A DNA stretch of 63,951 nucleotides, filler included, from 7 parts of 7 records of this genome joined end to end with filler, not necessarily neighbours in it; one strand, 5' to 3'. Shown: positions 50,365 to 63,718, numbered from the whole stretch's first letter. The notes: generated by a model not told the origin, from the sequence alone. Translations and numbers: made by a program.

Positions 50365-52314
50365 ATGAAAAAACTACTACTAGCATTCCCCTTTTTTTTG
50401 GGTATTTTGTTATGCTTTTTTGCATGCAATATTTCTACTGAAAAAAATAAAACTTCTAATATCCCTTCTGCTGAAAATAGTGTAGACAATCAATTACAAA
50501 AAATAAAGCACTTACGAAAAAGTAATCCTGATAGCGCTCTTCTTTTAAATCAAAAACTTATAAAAAATATCAACACTTATAATGATTCTATTAAAGTTGA
50601 GATTTTATTAACTAGCGCCTCCCTTTTCCGAAATGTAAATATTGATAGTACGCTATTTTATTCCAATAAACTATTAACACTTCAGCAACAAAGAAAAGAT
50701 AGTTTAAGTATAGGAGATGCTTACTTCCGACTTGGGTTTTATTATAGAAAAAACAATGAAATTGCTAAATCGCTTAACGCTTATTACAATTCTATCAAAA
50801 CATACGAGCGTATAAAAGACACTATTGAAGCAGGAATTAAATTGGTAAACCTTACCAATCTTTTAAATTCTATAGGGAACTATAATGAAGCTGAACAAAC
50901 AGGGGTCAAGGCATTACAGTATTTAGAAAAATCTGCCAATAAAAAATACATAGCTGGCACCTACAATGCTCTTGCCATTGCTTCTAAAGAACAAAAAATC
51001 TATAATGAAGCCTTACATTGGTATAACAAGGCTTTAAACGTAGCAAGCGACTCAATTTCAAAAATAAAAATCCTTAACAATATTGCGGTAGTTTACACCT
51101 ACCAAGAAGAATATGAAAAAGCACATACCTTATTAGAAAAACTAGAAAAAAGTTCAGAATTAGAAAACAATACGGATCTCTACACTAAAAACATTGACAA
51201 CAGAGCTTATGTTGCTAGTTTATTAAAAATTTCTAATGCGGAAAACGACCTTAAGAAAGCGCTTGAAATTAGAAAAAGTAATGATGATATCTCTGGTCAA
51301 ACCACAAGTTACCTCCATCTCTCTCAATATTACTTAAACAATAATCAAACAACAAAAGCTAGAAAAATGGCTTTAAAAGCTTTTGAGTTGGCACAGCAAA
51401 CCAAAAGTACCGATGATACCTTAGAGGCCTTATCTTTATTAATAGAATCTTCCCAAAATCCAAAAACATACGCGGTAGTCTATAAAAATCTAACCGATAG
51501 CATTCATACCTCCCAAGGGCGATTAAAAAATACATTTGCCAAAATAAAATACGAAAGTGAAAAAAATCAACAAGAAAACTTAAAGCTTACCAACGAAGCA
51601 AAAATCAATGAATTACGATTAGAAAATCAACAAAGCAGAAACTTACTTTTAATAATTATAATTGGAATCATTCTTAGTGCTGGCTTTATATATTATCGGT
51701 TTATAAAAATAAAGCATCAACGAGAAAAAGTAAACGAAGCTTACCAAACCGAAATGCGAATTTCAAAAAAAATACATGATGAGCTCGCCAACGATGTATT
51801 TAATATTATTGCATTTACCGAAAATACTCCTGTTGAAAAAACTATCAAAAGTAATCTTCTTCTGCAATTAGATGCCATCTATGAAAAAGCTAGAAATATT
51901 GCTAGAGGAAACGGAAAAATAGATTTAGACACCAACTTTTCAGAAAAAATAATATCTCTTATCAATAGTTACTGTAATGAGGATGTTAATATATTAAACC
52001 GTGGGCTAGCTACATTCCCTTCAGAAGAAATCCCTACATATATAAAACGCGTTATTTACAGGTCTCTGCAAGAGCTTTTAGTGAACATGAAAAAACATAG
52101 CAAGGCGTCTGTAGTAGTATTTAATTTTACTTTAGAGAAGAAAAATTTAAAAATTTCTTATTCCGATAACGGACAAGGGACGGACATTTCCAAAAATTTT
52201 ATCATAAACGGATTAGCAAATGTGGAAAACCGTATTGAAGGCGTAGATGGAAACTTTATTTTTGACACAATGCCCGGAAAAGGGTTTAAAGCCACTATAA
52301 CAATTCCAATATAA
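50365..52314 (+). CDS. TPR-repeat sensor histidine kinase (HisKA_3)
   Basis: FFAC lipobox-like start, multiple TPRs, one TM, IHDELAN, QELLVNMKKHS, YSDNGQG, NGLANVENRI. Confidence 0.9.
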   Translation: MKKLLLAFPFFLGILLCFFACNISTEKNKTSNIPSAENSVDNQLQKIKHLRKSNPDSALLLNQKLIKNINTYNDSIKVEILLTSASLFRNVNIDSTLFYSNKLLTLQQQRKDSLSIGDAYFRLGFYYRKNNEIAKSLNAYYNSIKTYERIKDTIEAGIKLVNLTNLLNSIGNYNEAEQTGVKALQYLEKSANKKYIAGTYNALAIASKEQKIYNEALHWYNKALNVASDSISKIKILNNIAVVYTYQEEYEKAHTLLEKLEKSSELENNTDLYTKNIDNRAYVASLLKISNAENDLKKALEIRKSNDDISGQTTSYLHLSQYYLNNNQTTKARKMALKAFELAQQTKSTDDTLEALSLLIESSQNPKTYAVVYKNLTDSIHTSQGRLKNTFAKIKYESEKNQQENLKLTNEAKINELRLENQQSRNLLLIIIIGIILSAGFIYYRFIKIKHQREKVNEAYQTEMRISKKIHDELANDVFNIIAFTENTPVEKTIKSNLLLQLDAIYEKARNIARGNGKIDLDTNFSEKIISLINSYCNEDVNILNRGLATFPSEEIPTYIKRVIYRSLQELLVNMKKHSKASVVVFNFTLEKKNLKISYSDNGQGTDISKNFIINGLANVENRIEGVDGNFIFDTMPGKGFKATITIPI

Positions 52315-52317
52315 ACG

Positions 52318-52983
52318 ATGTTTAAAAAAGTTCTTATTGCCGAAGATATCGATAGCATAAATTTAGGGTTGATAAATACCTTAAGTAAAGCTTATGATTT
52401 TGAAATTGAACACGCCAAATATTGCGATGATGCATATTTAAAAATCAAGAAAGGAATCTTAAAAAATTCTCCTTTCGACCTTTTAATAACAGACCTTTCT
52501 TTTAAGCAAGACCACAGGCAATCTAAAATTGAATCTGGAGACAAACTAGTTGCAAAAATAAAATTAGAGCAACCAGATATTGCTGTTATTATGTATTCTA
52601 TTGAAGACCGCCCACATATGATTAAGTCCTTTTTCGACACCATATTTATTAATGGTTATGTCTGTAAAGGTAGAAATAGCACCAACGAAATGGTTACCGC
52701 CATTGAAACGGTTTACAATAAAGAACAGTACATCCCAGCAAATTTAAAGCATGCCATAAAAGAAACTAAAAATTTAGAAATAGAAGACTATGATATTTTA
52801 TTATTGGACGCTCTTTCTCAAGGAAATTCTCAAGACGAAATTAGAAAAAAGTTCAAATCCGAAGGCATTACACCATGTAGCGTAAGCACTATTGAAAAAC
52901 GCATTAGTAGCTTAAGAATTTCTTTTAAAGCTAAAAACGCCACACATCTGGTTGCTATAGCCAAAGATTTAGGACTTATATAA
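52318..52983 (+). CDS. Response regulator (receiver + LuxR-like HTH)
   Basis: VLIAED, LLITDLSF, GYVCK, SVSTIEKRIS...HLVAIAKDLGLI. Confidence 0.9.
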   Translation: MFKKVLIAEDIDSINLGLINTLSKAYDFEIEHAKYCDDAYLKIKKGILKNSPFDLLITDLSFKQDHRQSKIESGDKLVAKIKLEQPDIAVIMYSIEDRPHMIKSFFDTIFINGYVCKGRNSTNEMVTAIETVYNKEQYIPANLKHAIKETKNLEIEDYDILLLDALSQGNSQDEIRKKFKSEGITPCSVSTIEKRISSLRISFKAKNATHLVAIAKDLGLI

Positions 52984-53027
52984 AATCACTATTTAGTTAC
53001 TTAACTAAGTAGTTTTTGAGGGAAAAG

Positions 53028-53057
53028 ATCCTTACTGATTTTCAGTAAGGGTTTTTT
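53028..53057 (+). terminator. Intrinsic terminator after response regulator
   Basis: CCTTACTGA-ttt-TCAGTAAGG followed by GTTTTTT. Confidence 0.7.
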
Positions 53058-53206
53058 GTATCCTAAAATATCCCCATCATATCAATAGCTCCTTTTTTAA
53101 CCTCAATAGTTGTCATTCTCCATCATAATTCCATACCTTTGATATAAGTTACTGCATCAGCGTAAATTCTGGGCAGGCTTTTGGAAATAAATATTGATTA
53201 TAAGTA

Positions 53207-53286
53207 AACTTTAGGGGTGCCGTGAAAGCCGGCTGAGATAAAACCCTTAGAACCTGATCGCGTTAGGACGTGCGAAGGGAAAAGTT
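53207..53286 (+). promoter_or_regulatory. TPP riboswitch
   Basis: AGGGGTGC...GCTGAGA...ACCC...AACCTGATC...GCGAAGGGA upstream of thiS-thiC; -7 element TACCTTTG at 53134-53141. Confidence 0.92.
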
Positions 53287-53405
53287 GAGACACTACATAA
53301 CGCCATAAATTTGGCTATAGGTACTTTTTTAATTCAGCATTAAAAACTCCTAAGTAATCCACTTTTTTAGGACTTCCTCCTAAAGTTTACAGTAAAACAT
53401 AAGAT

Positions 53406-55615
<2,210 letters not shown>

Positions 55616-55713
55616 TTGAGTTGAAGGTTGAAAAAAGAAAGAGGTCGGAAGGCGGAAGATTAAAGTGAAGAAAGGTAATGAGGTAATGAGTTAAAAGTGG
55701 AGAATTAAGATAA

Positions 55714-55813
55714 NNNNNNNNNNNNNNNNNNNNNNNNNNNNNNNNNNNNNNNNNNNNTTAATTAATTAANNNNNNNNNNNNNNNNNNNNNNNNNNNNNNN
55801 NNNNNNNNNNNNN
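55714..55813. other. Artificial contig linker
   Basis: N-TTAATTAATTAA-N. Confidence 0.98.
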
Positions 55814-55843
55814 AATCCCTAATCCCTAATCCCTAATTCCTAA
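55814..55843 (+). repeat. Heptamer tandem repeat (AATCCCT)n
   Basis: AATCCCT x3 plus AATTCCT at the contig start. Confidence 0.8.
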
Positions 55844-55845
55844 AA

Positions 55846-56142
55846 TTACGCTAGGCTGTGAAGTGTATCCACACTCCAAGCTGCTGCTTTGGCTTTAAAC
55901 ATTGGTTTTGTTACGCTCCAAACGTCTTTAAAAAGCGTACTGTTTCGGTAGTTTTCCAAATCAGCTTCATCATTCCAACGGCTATAGGTGAAAAAGATTG
56001 TTTCATCGTTTTTATCGTTGTATAATTCTAAAAATGTACAACCTGGAAAACTTCGGATTTTCTGTTTTACGGTTTCAAAATTATACAAAAAGGCAGGAAT
56101 GTTTTCTTTTTCAAATTCCATTTTAACGATTCTTGTAAACAT
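55846..56142 (-). CDS. Antibiotic biosynthesis monooxygenase (ABM) family protein
   Basis: MFTRIVKM, FPGC, FFTYSRW, YRNS. Confidence 0.85.
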   Translation of the reverse strand: MFTRIVKMEFEKENIPAFLYNFETVKQKIRSFPGCTFLELYNDKNDETIFFTYSRWNDEADLENYRNSTLFKDVWSVTKPMFKAKAAAWSVDTLHSLA

Positions 56143-56144
56143 AA

Positions 56145-56984
56145 CTATTGTTTTGTAATAAAATTGATCATAATTGCATCTCGATAATCCAATCCAAATA
56201 AAGAAGTTGCGCCTCCAACAGTCTTTGAGCTACTTTTATAGATAGCTAATTCAAGGTAGTTTGATGAATTCCAAAGTGCTAATTTTTTTCCATCTTCTTC
56301 TCTTTTTTCCGGAGGAAGGTCAAAATTTATAGCTTCACTGTAATGTGCGTATATTTTATCGAATTTTGCCGTTCGGGCATTTACAATAAAATCTCTTCCA
56401 CGACCTACCTCTTCAAACATTTTTTTGGTAATATTACTAACCACATTTCCGTAATTATCTATGTAAATTACATTTCCACTAATCTGACTTTCTTTATTAC
56501 TTATTACAGGTTTTATACCCGTAAGTTCTTTAATTTCAGTAATGTTTTTACCAATTACATCTAGTGTTCCGCCTCTTGAAATATGTCCAGCAACTTTCAC
56601 AAATACATCTAAAACTGGAAAATTACTAATTACGCGGTCGTGGATATTTATTTCAACAATTTTTTCGGGACGTACTTCCGAAGTAAGCATTGAAATGATA
56701 CCATTATCTGCACACACAAAATAATGCCCATCCATAAATACTGCAATGTGTTTATTTTCAGGATTTAACTCAGAATCAACTCCAATAACATGAATGCTTC
56801 CCAAGGGAAAACTTTTGTATGCATTTTGAATAATATAAGCGGCTTCGTGTAGGTGAAATGGAGATACAGAATGCGAGATATCAACAACTTTCGCATCTTC
56901 CATTTCAGTATAAATTGCCCCTTTAACCGCGCCCACAAAGTGATCCTTCTCGCCAAAGTCTGTAGTAAGCGTTATTATAGCCAT
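56145..56984 (-). CDS. SAM hydrolase / SAM-dependent halogenase (DUF62) family protein
   Basis: IITLTTDFG, VDISH, ADNG, YIDNYGN, YLELA. Confidence 0.88.
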   Translation of the reverse strand: MAIITLTTDFGEKDHFVGAVKGAIYTEMEDAKVVDISHSVSPFHLHEAAYIIQNAYKSFPLGSIHVIGVDSELNPENKHIAVFMDGHYFVCADNGIISMLTSEVRPEKIVEINIHDRVISNFPVLDVFVKVAGHISRGGTLDVIGKNITEIKELTGIKPVISNKESQISGNVIYIDNYGNVVSNITKKMFEEVGRGRDFIVNARTAKFDKIYAHYSEAINFDLPPEKREEDGKKLALWNSSNYLELAIYKSSSKTVGGATSLFGLDYRDAIMINFITKQ

Positions 56985-57090
56985 AAATTATTGTTGATAT
57001 TTTCTTAAAAGAATTACCACAAAAATAGGTTACTTTTGTTAGTAGCAAAACTATTTTTTGCATATTCCAAATAATAAAACTAAACGCCTT

Positions 57091-58044
57091 TTGAACGAAC
57101 TTATCATTGAACTTACAGAGATTAGCCCAAGGGATTTTTTCGGGCTTGAAAACGCTAATATTGACCTTCTTAAAAAGTATTTCCCAAAACTAAAAATTGT
57201 TGCACGCGGTAATAAAATCAAAGCGTATGGCGATGAGGATGTGCTTGAAGAGTTTGATAGGCGCATTTCAATGTTGTTGGAACAGTTTATGAAATACAAT
57301 AAAATTGACGAAAACGTAATAGAACGTGTGCTTTTAAGTCGAAATAAAGAAGAATATGAAGCTCCAGTTGGTAGTGGAGAAACTATTGTTCATGGCGTTA
57401 ACGGAAAACCAATAAAAGCCCAAACTGCAAACCAACGAAAACTGGTTGGCTTAATGGGTAAAAACGATATGGTTTTTGCTGTTGGTCCCGCCGGAACAGG
57501 AAAAACGTATACTGGAGTTGCACTTGCAGTTAAAGCGCTAAAAGATAAAGAAGTAAAACGAATTATTTTAACAAGACCTGCAGTAGAAGCTGGTGAGAAT
57601 TTAGGGTTTTTACCTGGGGATTTAAAGGAAAAACTGGATCCGTATATGCAACCTTTATACGATGCTTTGCGCGATATGATTCCTGCAGAAAAACTGGCTT
57701 CACATATAGAAACTGGTATTATTCAGATTGCTCCTTTGGCGTTTATGCGTGGTCGAACTTTGGACAATGCCTTTGTTATTTTGGATGAAGCACAAAATAC
57801 CACCCATGCGCAAATGAAAATGTTTTTAACTCGTATGGGAAAAAACGCAAAGTTTATGATTACGGGCGATCCTGGACAGATTGATTTACCACGACGCGTA
57901 ATTTCTGGACTGAAAGAAGCATTGTTGGTTTTAAAAGATGTAAAAGGTGTGGGAATGATTTACTTGGATGATAAAGACGTAATTCGTCATCGTTTGGTAA
58001 AAGAAGTTATTGCTGCCTATAAAAATATTGAAAACGTAGATTAA
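57091..58044 (+). CDS. phoH: PhoH family protein
   Basis: GPAGTGKT, RPAVEAGE, MRGRTL, DEAQN. Confidence 0.92.
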   Translation: MNELIIELTEISPRDFFGLENANIDLLKKYFPKLKIVARGNKIKAYGDEDVLEEFDRRISMLLEQFMKYNKIDENVIERVLLSRNKEEYEAPVGSGETIVHGVNGKPIKAQTANQRKLVGLMGKNDMVFAVGPAGTGKTYTGVALAVKALKDKEVKRIILTRPAVEAGENLGFLPGDLKEKLDPYMQPLYDALRDMIPAEKLASHIETGIIQIAPLAFMRGRTLDNAFVILDEAQNTTHAQMKMFLTRMGKNAKFMITGDPGQIDLPRRVISGLKEALLVLKDVKGVGMIYLDDKDVIRHRLVKEVIAAYKNIENVD

Positions 58045-58107
58045 TTAGAAAATAGATTTTTGAAGTAGAACATTCTATTTCTCTTCAAAAATTTAAAAAA
58101 AGCTTGA

Positions 58108-59058
58108 ATGAGTAATACAATTATAACAACCGACTTTAACTTTCCTGGACAAAAAAATGTATATCATGGAAAAGTTAGAGCAGTTTATACCTTAGAAAAC
58201 AACCTGCTTTTAATGGTTGCCACAGATAGATTGAGTGCTTTTGATGTTGTAATGCCTAAAGGAATTCCATATAAAGGACAAATTTTAAATCAAATAGCCA
58301 CCAAAATGATGCGTGATACGGAAGATTTGGTGCCAAATTGGTTAATTGCAACTCCAGATCCAAACGTTGCAATTGGTGAAGCCTGCGAACCTTTTAAAGT
58401 AGAAATGGTAATCCGTGGGTATATGAGCGGTCATGCTGCTCGGGAATATAAAGCTGGAAAACGAATGCTTTGCGGAGTAGAAATGCCTGAAGGAATGAAG
58501 GAAAATGATAAATTTCCACAACCTATAATTACTCCAGCAACCAAAGCAGAGATGGGCGATCACGATGAAGATATTTCAAGAGAAGATATTATTAAAAAAG
58601 GAATTATTTCTGAAGAAGATTATTTAATCCTAGAAGACTATACACGAAAGCTTTTTCAGCGAGGAAGTGAAATTGCTGCTAAAAGAGGATTGATTTTGGT
58701 TGATACCAAATATGAATTCGGAAAAACTAAGGATGGAAAAATAGTTCTTATTGACGAAATTCATACACCAGATTCTTCACGTTATTTTTATGCAGATGGC
58801 TATGAAGAACGTCAAAAAAATAACGAACCACAGAAACAACTTTCAAAAGAATTTGTGCGTCAATGGCTTATTCAAAATGATTTTCAAGGCTTAGAAGGAC
58901 AAAAAGTTCCTTTTATGAGCGATGAGTATATAACCTCTGTTTCTGATAGGTATATTGAGCTTTACGAAAATATTACAGGTGAAAAATTTGTGAAAGCGGA
59001 CGTTTCAGCAATCAATTCTCGTATTGAAAAAAATGTTTTGAATTATTTTAAGAAGTAA
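58108..59058 (+). CDS. purC: SAICAR synthase
   Basis: [29 protein letters not shown]. Confidence 0.95.
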   Translation: MSNTIITTDFNFPGQKNVYHGKVRAVYTLENNLLLMVATDRLSAFDVVMPKGIPYKGQILNQIATKMMRDTEDLVPNWLIATPDPNVAIGEACEPFKVEMVIRGYMSGHAAREYKAGKRMLCGVEMPEGMKENDKFPQPIITPATKAEMGDHDEDISREDIIKKGIISEEDYLILEDYTRKLFQRGSEIAAKRGLILVDTKYEFGKTKDGKIVLIDEIHTPDSSRYFYADGYEERQKNNEPQKQLSKEFVRQWLIQNDFQGLEGQKVPFMSDEYITSVSDRYIELYENITGEKFVKADVSAINSRIEKNVLNYFKK

Positions 59059-59062
59059 TCCG

Positions 59063-60331
59063 TTACTCTTTCCGGTCTCGAAAATTAAAAGAGTGAACAT
59101 ACCCAATGCTCAGTTCCGTAAAATCTGCTTGACCAAGGTTTGAGTTAAGATTAGCACCAATGTAGATGTTATTTTTTGGCGATTTTTCCATTCCAATTAA
59201 ATAATACTTCAAACCCAATCGGGATGAAATACGTTGTTTTTTCTTATAACTTCCATCTAATTCACCCAAAACCCAACCTTCAGGAATTTCACGCGGTGTA
59301 TTGTCCCAGCCCTCATTAATACGCCATTCTAGCTTGTATGCAGGTTTATAAAGATTATAACCCAATTGCAAATCGATACCTATATGGTTTAAAAGTACTT
59401 CGCCATGAAGACTAATTCCTAGATTGGTTGCATTATACCAAGGGTTATCTGTAAAATAATCAAACTCTCTTCCTACTTGCACTAAAGATTCATTATCTTG
59501 TATATAATCGTAATAATGCTGGTAAAAACGATAGTAAAAACCTAAACCTATTTTAAATGTATTATTGTACACGCGGCCATATTCACCAGCTATAGTGTAT
59601 ACATTTTTTCTATCATTAAAAGCTAGCGCGAAAACATTTTGACCCAACCCAGCTCGCAATGCAAAATAATCATTAATAGATTCTTTATAAGTAGAAGTTT
59701 TTTCTGAAGTAATTACTTCAGGATGCTTCAAAGGATTTTTTATAGCAGCTGAAATACTCACCAAAAATGAATTATATCCTTGGTTTAGCAAGCGTGTATG
59801 CCCGTTAGAATGATGTGAATATCCCAATCCAGTACGCCAATCAATATTTTTAGTAGCATAAACTTGATAATATAAGTACATTCTAAAAGCCCAAGTAATG
59901 TCTGTTGTGACTGCTTGGTTTTGTGGATTTGTTAATGGATCATACTTTTTTGTGAAATAAGAAGCGCCCATTCCAGTTAAAACTTTCCATCGGTTGCTAC
60001 CAAAAGCTTTAAATTCTAAAAAAGGCATTGCGGTGATTGCAAAACCTAGACTGTCCAAGTTTCCGAACTCAGTTACACCAACAGAAAAACCAGTATTAGG
60101 CCCTTTTAATCGCTGCGCCCATTGCTGAGGATTGTTGCTGTGCTGCCGTCCAAAATTTAAAATAATTTGCTTTTGAAGCTCGGTGTCGGGAAAGCCGTCG
60201 TTTGATTCCATTGTTTTCCCAAAAAGCACTTCAGGAGTAAAGGTAAATGCGCTTTTTTGCCAATCGCTACTAGTTTGAGCAATTGTAAAAATTGAGATAA
60301 AAAGAAAAAAAACGGTTAGTTGTTGTTTCAT
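59063..60331 (-). CDS. Outer-membrane acyloxyacyl hydrolase (PagL-like lipid A deacylase) family
   Basis: Signal peptide, beta-strand pattern, YSHHSNG motif. Confidence 0.7.
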   Translation of the reverse strand: MKQQLTVFFLFISIFTIAQTSSDWQKSAFTFTPEVLFGKTMESNDGFPDTELQKQIILNFGRQHSNNPQQWAQRLKGPNTGFSVGVTEFGNLDSLGFAITAMPFLEFKAFGSNRWKVLTGMGASYFTKKYDPLTNPQNQAVTTDITWAFRMYLYYQVYATKNIDWRTGLGYSHHSNGHTRLLNQGYNSFLVSISAAIKNPLKHPEVITSEKTSTYKESINDYFALRAGLGQNVFALAFNDRKNVYTIAGEYGRVYNNTFKIGLGFYYRFYQHYYDYIQDNESLVQVGREFDYFTDNPWYNATNLGISLHGEVLLNHIGIDLQLGYNLYKPAYKLEWRINEGWDNTPREIPEGWVLGELDGSYKKKQRISSRLGLKYYLIGMEKSPKNNIYIGANLNSNLGQADFTELSIGYVHSFNFRDRKE

Positions 60332-60410
60332 TTGGCGTTGCAAGTAACAATTTCCCTGTTAATTTTAAAAATTTTAAGCCTACATTTATACTAAATTTTA
60401 AAAAGCTGGT

Positions 60411-61784
60411 TTGGAAAAAGTAAATGATTTTATAGCAGCGATGGCTTCTTTCGCATGGGGATTACCTTTATTAGTACTTTTAATTGGTGGCGGATTATAT
60501 TTATTGATTCGTATTCAATTTTTACCATTTCGTTATTTAGGTCATGCAATTGCCGTGCTTCGCGGAAAATATGATGATGAAAATGATGCAGGAGAAATTA
60601 CACACTTTCAAGCACTAACTACAGCACTTTCGGCTACCGTTGGTATGGGAAATATTGCTGGTGTAGCTGTAGCCATTGCCATTGGTGGTCCTGGTGCAGT
60701 TTTTTGGATGTGGGTAAGTGCCGTAATCGGAATGTCTACTAAATTTTTTACTGCAACTTTAGCGATTCTCTATCGTGGAAAAGATAGTGAAGGAAAAATA
60801 CAAGGTGGTCCTATGTATTTTATTCGTGAAGGACTAGGAAAAAAATGGTTGCCCATGGCTGTACTTTTCAGTGTTGCAGGATTGGTAGGTGCCTTACCCG
60901 TATTTAATGTAAACCAACTTACACAGGCAATAAATGATATTCTTTTGAAACCGGCAGGGATTTATAACGGTTTTCAAACAGATTTGATAATTGGTTTAAT
61001 CCTAGCTGGAATTACCGCAGTTGTTATTTTAGGAGGATTATCGCGCATAAGTAAAACTGCTTCTAAGCTAGTTCCATCAATGGTTATTCTTTATTTTATA
61101 TTGGTTTTAATCATTTTAGGAACCCATATTGATGTTGTTCCGAAGTATTTGGGACTTATTTTCACCGATGCATTTTCAGCAAATTTTTATAAAGGCGATG
61201 CATTTTTGGGTGGCGTTATCGGTGGAATTATACTTTTAGGGATTCGTCGCGGCGCATTTTCAAACGAAGCGGGGATTGGTACTGCACCAATGGCGCATGG
61301 AGCTGCAAAAACAAATGAACCAATCCGAGAAGGTTTGGTTGCTATGTTAGGCCCTGCAATAGATACATTGATTGTTTGTACGCTAACTGCCTTGGCAATT
61401 TTGGTTACTGGCGTTTGGCAAAGTAGTGATGCAAATGGCGTTAGTTTAACTGCAAAAGCTTTTGAAGAAAGTATTCCTGTTTTTGGAAAATATGGCTTGT
61501 TAGCCTGTATTATAATATTTAGTATCTCGTCACTTTTTTCATATTCATACTATGGTACCAAGTGTATGTCTTTCCTTTTTGGAGCGAAAAATAAAGGGGT
61601 TTATAATTACTTCTACATTATAAGTATCCTTGTTGGCGCCACAACTTCATTAAGTATGATGATTAATTTGATTGATACTTTCTTCGCATTGATGGCTATT
61701 CCAACAATGACGGCCACAATTATTTTAGCACCAAAGGTTATAAAGGAAGCAAAAAAGTATTTTGAAAAACTAAAGAATGCTTAA
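60411..61784 (+). CDS. Alanine/glycine:cation symporter
   Basis: ATVGMGNIAGVA, GGPGAVFWMW, GGPMY, FSNEAGIG. Confidence 0.92.
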   Translation: MEKVNDFIAAMASFAWGLPLLVLLIGGGLYLLIRIQFLPFRYLGHAIAVLRGKYDDENDAGEITHFQALTTALSATVGMGNIAGVAVAIAIGGPGAVFWMWVSAVIGMSTKFFTATLAILYRGKDSEGKIQGGPMYFIREGLGKKWLPMAVLFSVAGLVGALPVFNVNQLTQAINDILLKPAGIYNGFQTDLIIGLILAGITAVVILGGLSRISKTASKLVPSMVILYFILVLIILGTHIDVVPKYLGLIFTDAFSANFYKGDAFLGGVIGGIILLGIRRGAFSNEAGIGTAPMAHGAAKTNEPIREGLVAMLGPAIDTLIVCTLTALAILVTGVWQSSDANGVSLTAKAFEESIPVFGKYGLLACIIIFSISSLFSYSYYGTKCMSFLFGAKNKGVYNYFYIISILVGATTSLSMMINLIDTFFALMAIPTMTATIILAPKVIKEAKKYFEKLKNA

Positions 61785-61803
61785 ACGTTAAAACTTTTAG
61801 CTA

Positions 61804-62889
61804 TTAATCAAAATAGCTAAAAGTTTCACCATCTTTTATATTAAGTAGAGTTTCATAAATTAATTTAATCACATTTTCTACATCATCCCTGTGTACCATT
61901 TCTACTGTAGTGTGCATATATCTTAAAGGCAATGATATCAATGCGCTTGCTACGCCGCCATTACTATAGGCAAAGGCATCTGTATCTGTTCCAGTTGCTC
62001 TTGAAAGTGCCGCTCTTTGAAAGGGAATCAGTTTCTTTTCAGCAGTTTCAACAATTAAATCTCTTAATTTTTGCTGTACGGCAGGTGCGTAGGCAATTAC
62101 AGGGCCACTTCCAATTTCAGCAAAACCTTGCTTTTTCTTATCAATCATTGGGGTAGTGGTGTCGTGGGTAACATCTGTAACAATTGCTACATTTGGTTTA
62201 ATGCGCGCTGCAATCATTTCTGCACCTCTAAGTCCGATTTCTTCTTGTACCGAATTTGTAATGTAAAGTCCAAAAGGAAGTTTTTGTTTATTCTCGTGAA
62301 GTAATCTTGCAACTTCAGCAATCATAAAACCACCCATTCTATTATCTAAAGCACGGCAAACAAACTTGTCTCCATTCAAAATGTGAAATTGATCTGGATA
62401 GGTAATAACGCAGCCTACATGAATGCCCATTTTTTCTACTGCTTCTTTATCCTTTGCGCCAACATCTATAAAAATATTATCAGGCTTTGGTGTTTCTTCT
62501 TTAGCTTTATCTCTTGTATGAATCGCTGGCCAACCAAAAACACCTTTTATAATACCATTTTTGGTGTGAATATTTACAATTTTAGAAGGTGCTATTTGAT
62601 GATCGCTTCCGCCGTTTCGGATAACGTACAGCAAACCGTTATCATCTATATAATTTACATACCATGAAATTTCATCTGCATGCCCTTCAATTACAACCTT
62701 AAATTTTGCATCTGGGTTTATAACTGCAACAGCAGTTCCGTAGGTATCTGTAATAAACGTGTCAACATATGGTTTTAAATAATTCATCCATAGCTTTTGT
62801 CCATCCCATTCATAGCCTGTAGGCGCTGCATTGTTTAGGTATTCTTCTAAAAATTGTAACGATTTGTCGTTTAATATTGATGTATTCAT
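61804..62889 (-). CDS. M42 family metallopeptidase
   Basis: GHADEI, ALDNR, QEEIG, DVTH, GTDTD, RYMH. Confidence 0.92.
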   Translation of the reverse strand: MNTSILNDKSLQFLEEYLNNAAPTGYEWDGQKLWMNYLKPYVDTFITDTYGTAVAVINPDAKFKVVIEGHADEISWYVNYIDDNGLLYVIRNGGSDHQIAPSKIVNIHTKNGIIKGVFGWPAIHTRDKAKEETPKPDNIFIDVGAKDKEAVEKMGIHVGCVITYPDQFHILNGDKFVCRALDNRMGGFMIAEVARLLHENKQKLPFGLYITNSVQEEIGLRGAEMIAARIKPNVAIVTDVTHDTTTPMIDKKKQGFAEIGSGPVIAYAPAVQQKLRDLIVETAEKKLIPFQRAALSRATGTDTDAFAYSNGGVASALISLPLRYMHTTVEMVHRDDVENVIKLIYETLLNIKDGETFSYFD

Positions 62890-63016
62890 AGATTTTTTAT
62901 TCTGAAAAGATAATTGTCTGGTAAAATTAGCAATTTCTTATTAAGCCCAACAAGGCAATTTGCTTATTTTTGAAACGTTTTTGAGTATTATATAGCTTTT
63001 GATTAAAACTATTTGA

Positions 63017-63718
63017 ATGAAAATCAATATTACCTTATATATATGTATAACATTTTTCAGTTGCTCCTCCGTTTTTGGGCAAGTTGAAAATGAATCGTTG
63101 GAAAAACAAAAAGATTCCACCGAGATAATGTACTATATTATTAAAGGAGATACTATAGCTCGTGAAATTATTAACCTGGATGAAGTAGTTCTTTTGAAAA
63201 AGGTTAAATTTATGTCTGAACAAGACAGACGACGTTATTTAATACTTCGCAGAAAGACCAGAAAAGTTTATCCATACGCCAAACTAGCTTCCGAACGATT
63301 AACAACGATGACGGAACGGTTAAATACAATTGAAAAAAACAGCGATAAAAGAAAATATACCAAGCGCGTTCAAAAATATATTGAAGGTGAGTTTTCAGAA
63401 CAACTTAAAAACCTAACACATACTGAAGGTCAAATCCTCGTAAAACTCATTCACAGACAAACGGGGCGCACAGCTTTCGATCTTGTAAAAGAATTACGCA
63501 ATGGTTGGCGCGCATTTTGGTATAACACTACCGCCAGTCTTTTTGAAATATCACTTAAAGAAGAATATAAACCGTTTAATGTAAAGGAGGATTATCTAAT
63601 TGAAGATATATTAGAGCGATCTTTTCAAAAAAACATCCTTGAACGACAAGAAGCTGCTTTTCCAATAGATTATCTTGACTTAAAGGCACATTGGAACAAA
63701 AAAAATGTTGATAACTAA
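63017..63718 (+). CDS. DUF4294-type secreted protein
   Basis: KVYPYAK, GQILVKLIHRQTG, LFEISLKEEY. Confidence 0.75.
   Translation: MKINITLYICITFFSCSSVFGQVENESLEKQKDSTEIMYYIIKGDTIAREIINLDEVVLLKKVKFMSEQDRRRYLILRRKTRKVYPYAKLASERLTTMTERLNTIEKNSDKRKYTKRVQKYIEGEFSEQLKNLTHTEGQILVKLIHRQTGRTAFDLVKELRNGWRAFWYNTTASLFEISLKEEYKPFNVKEDYLIEDILERSFQKNILERQEAAFPIDYLDLKAHWNKKNVDN

Noticed and set aside
56145-56984. Fluorinase/chlorinase for halometabolite synthesis
   Set aside because: Housekeeping context next to phoH; the DUF62 family is widespread and there is no biosynthetic cluster.
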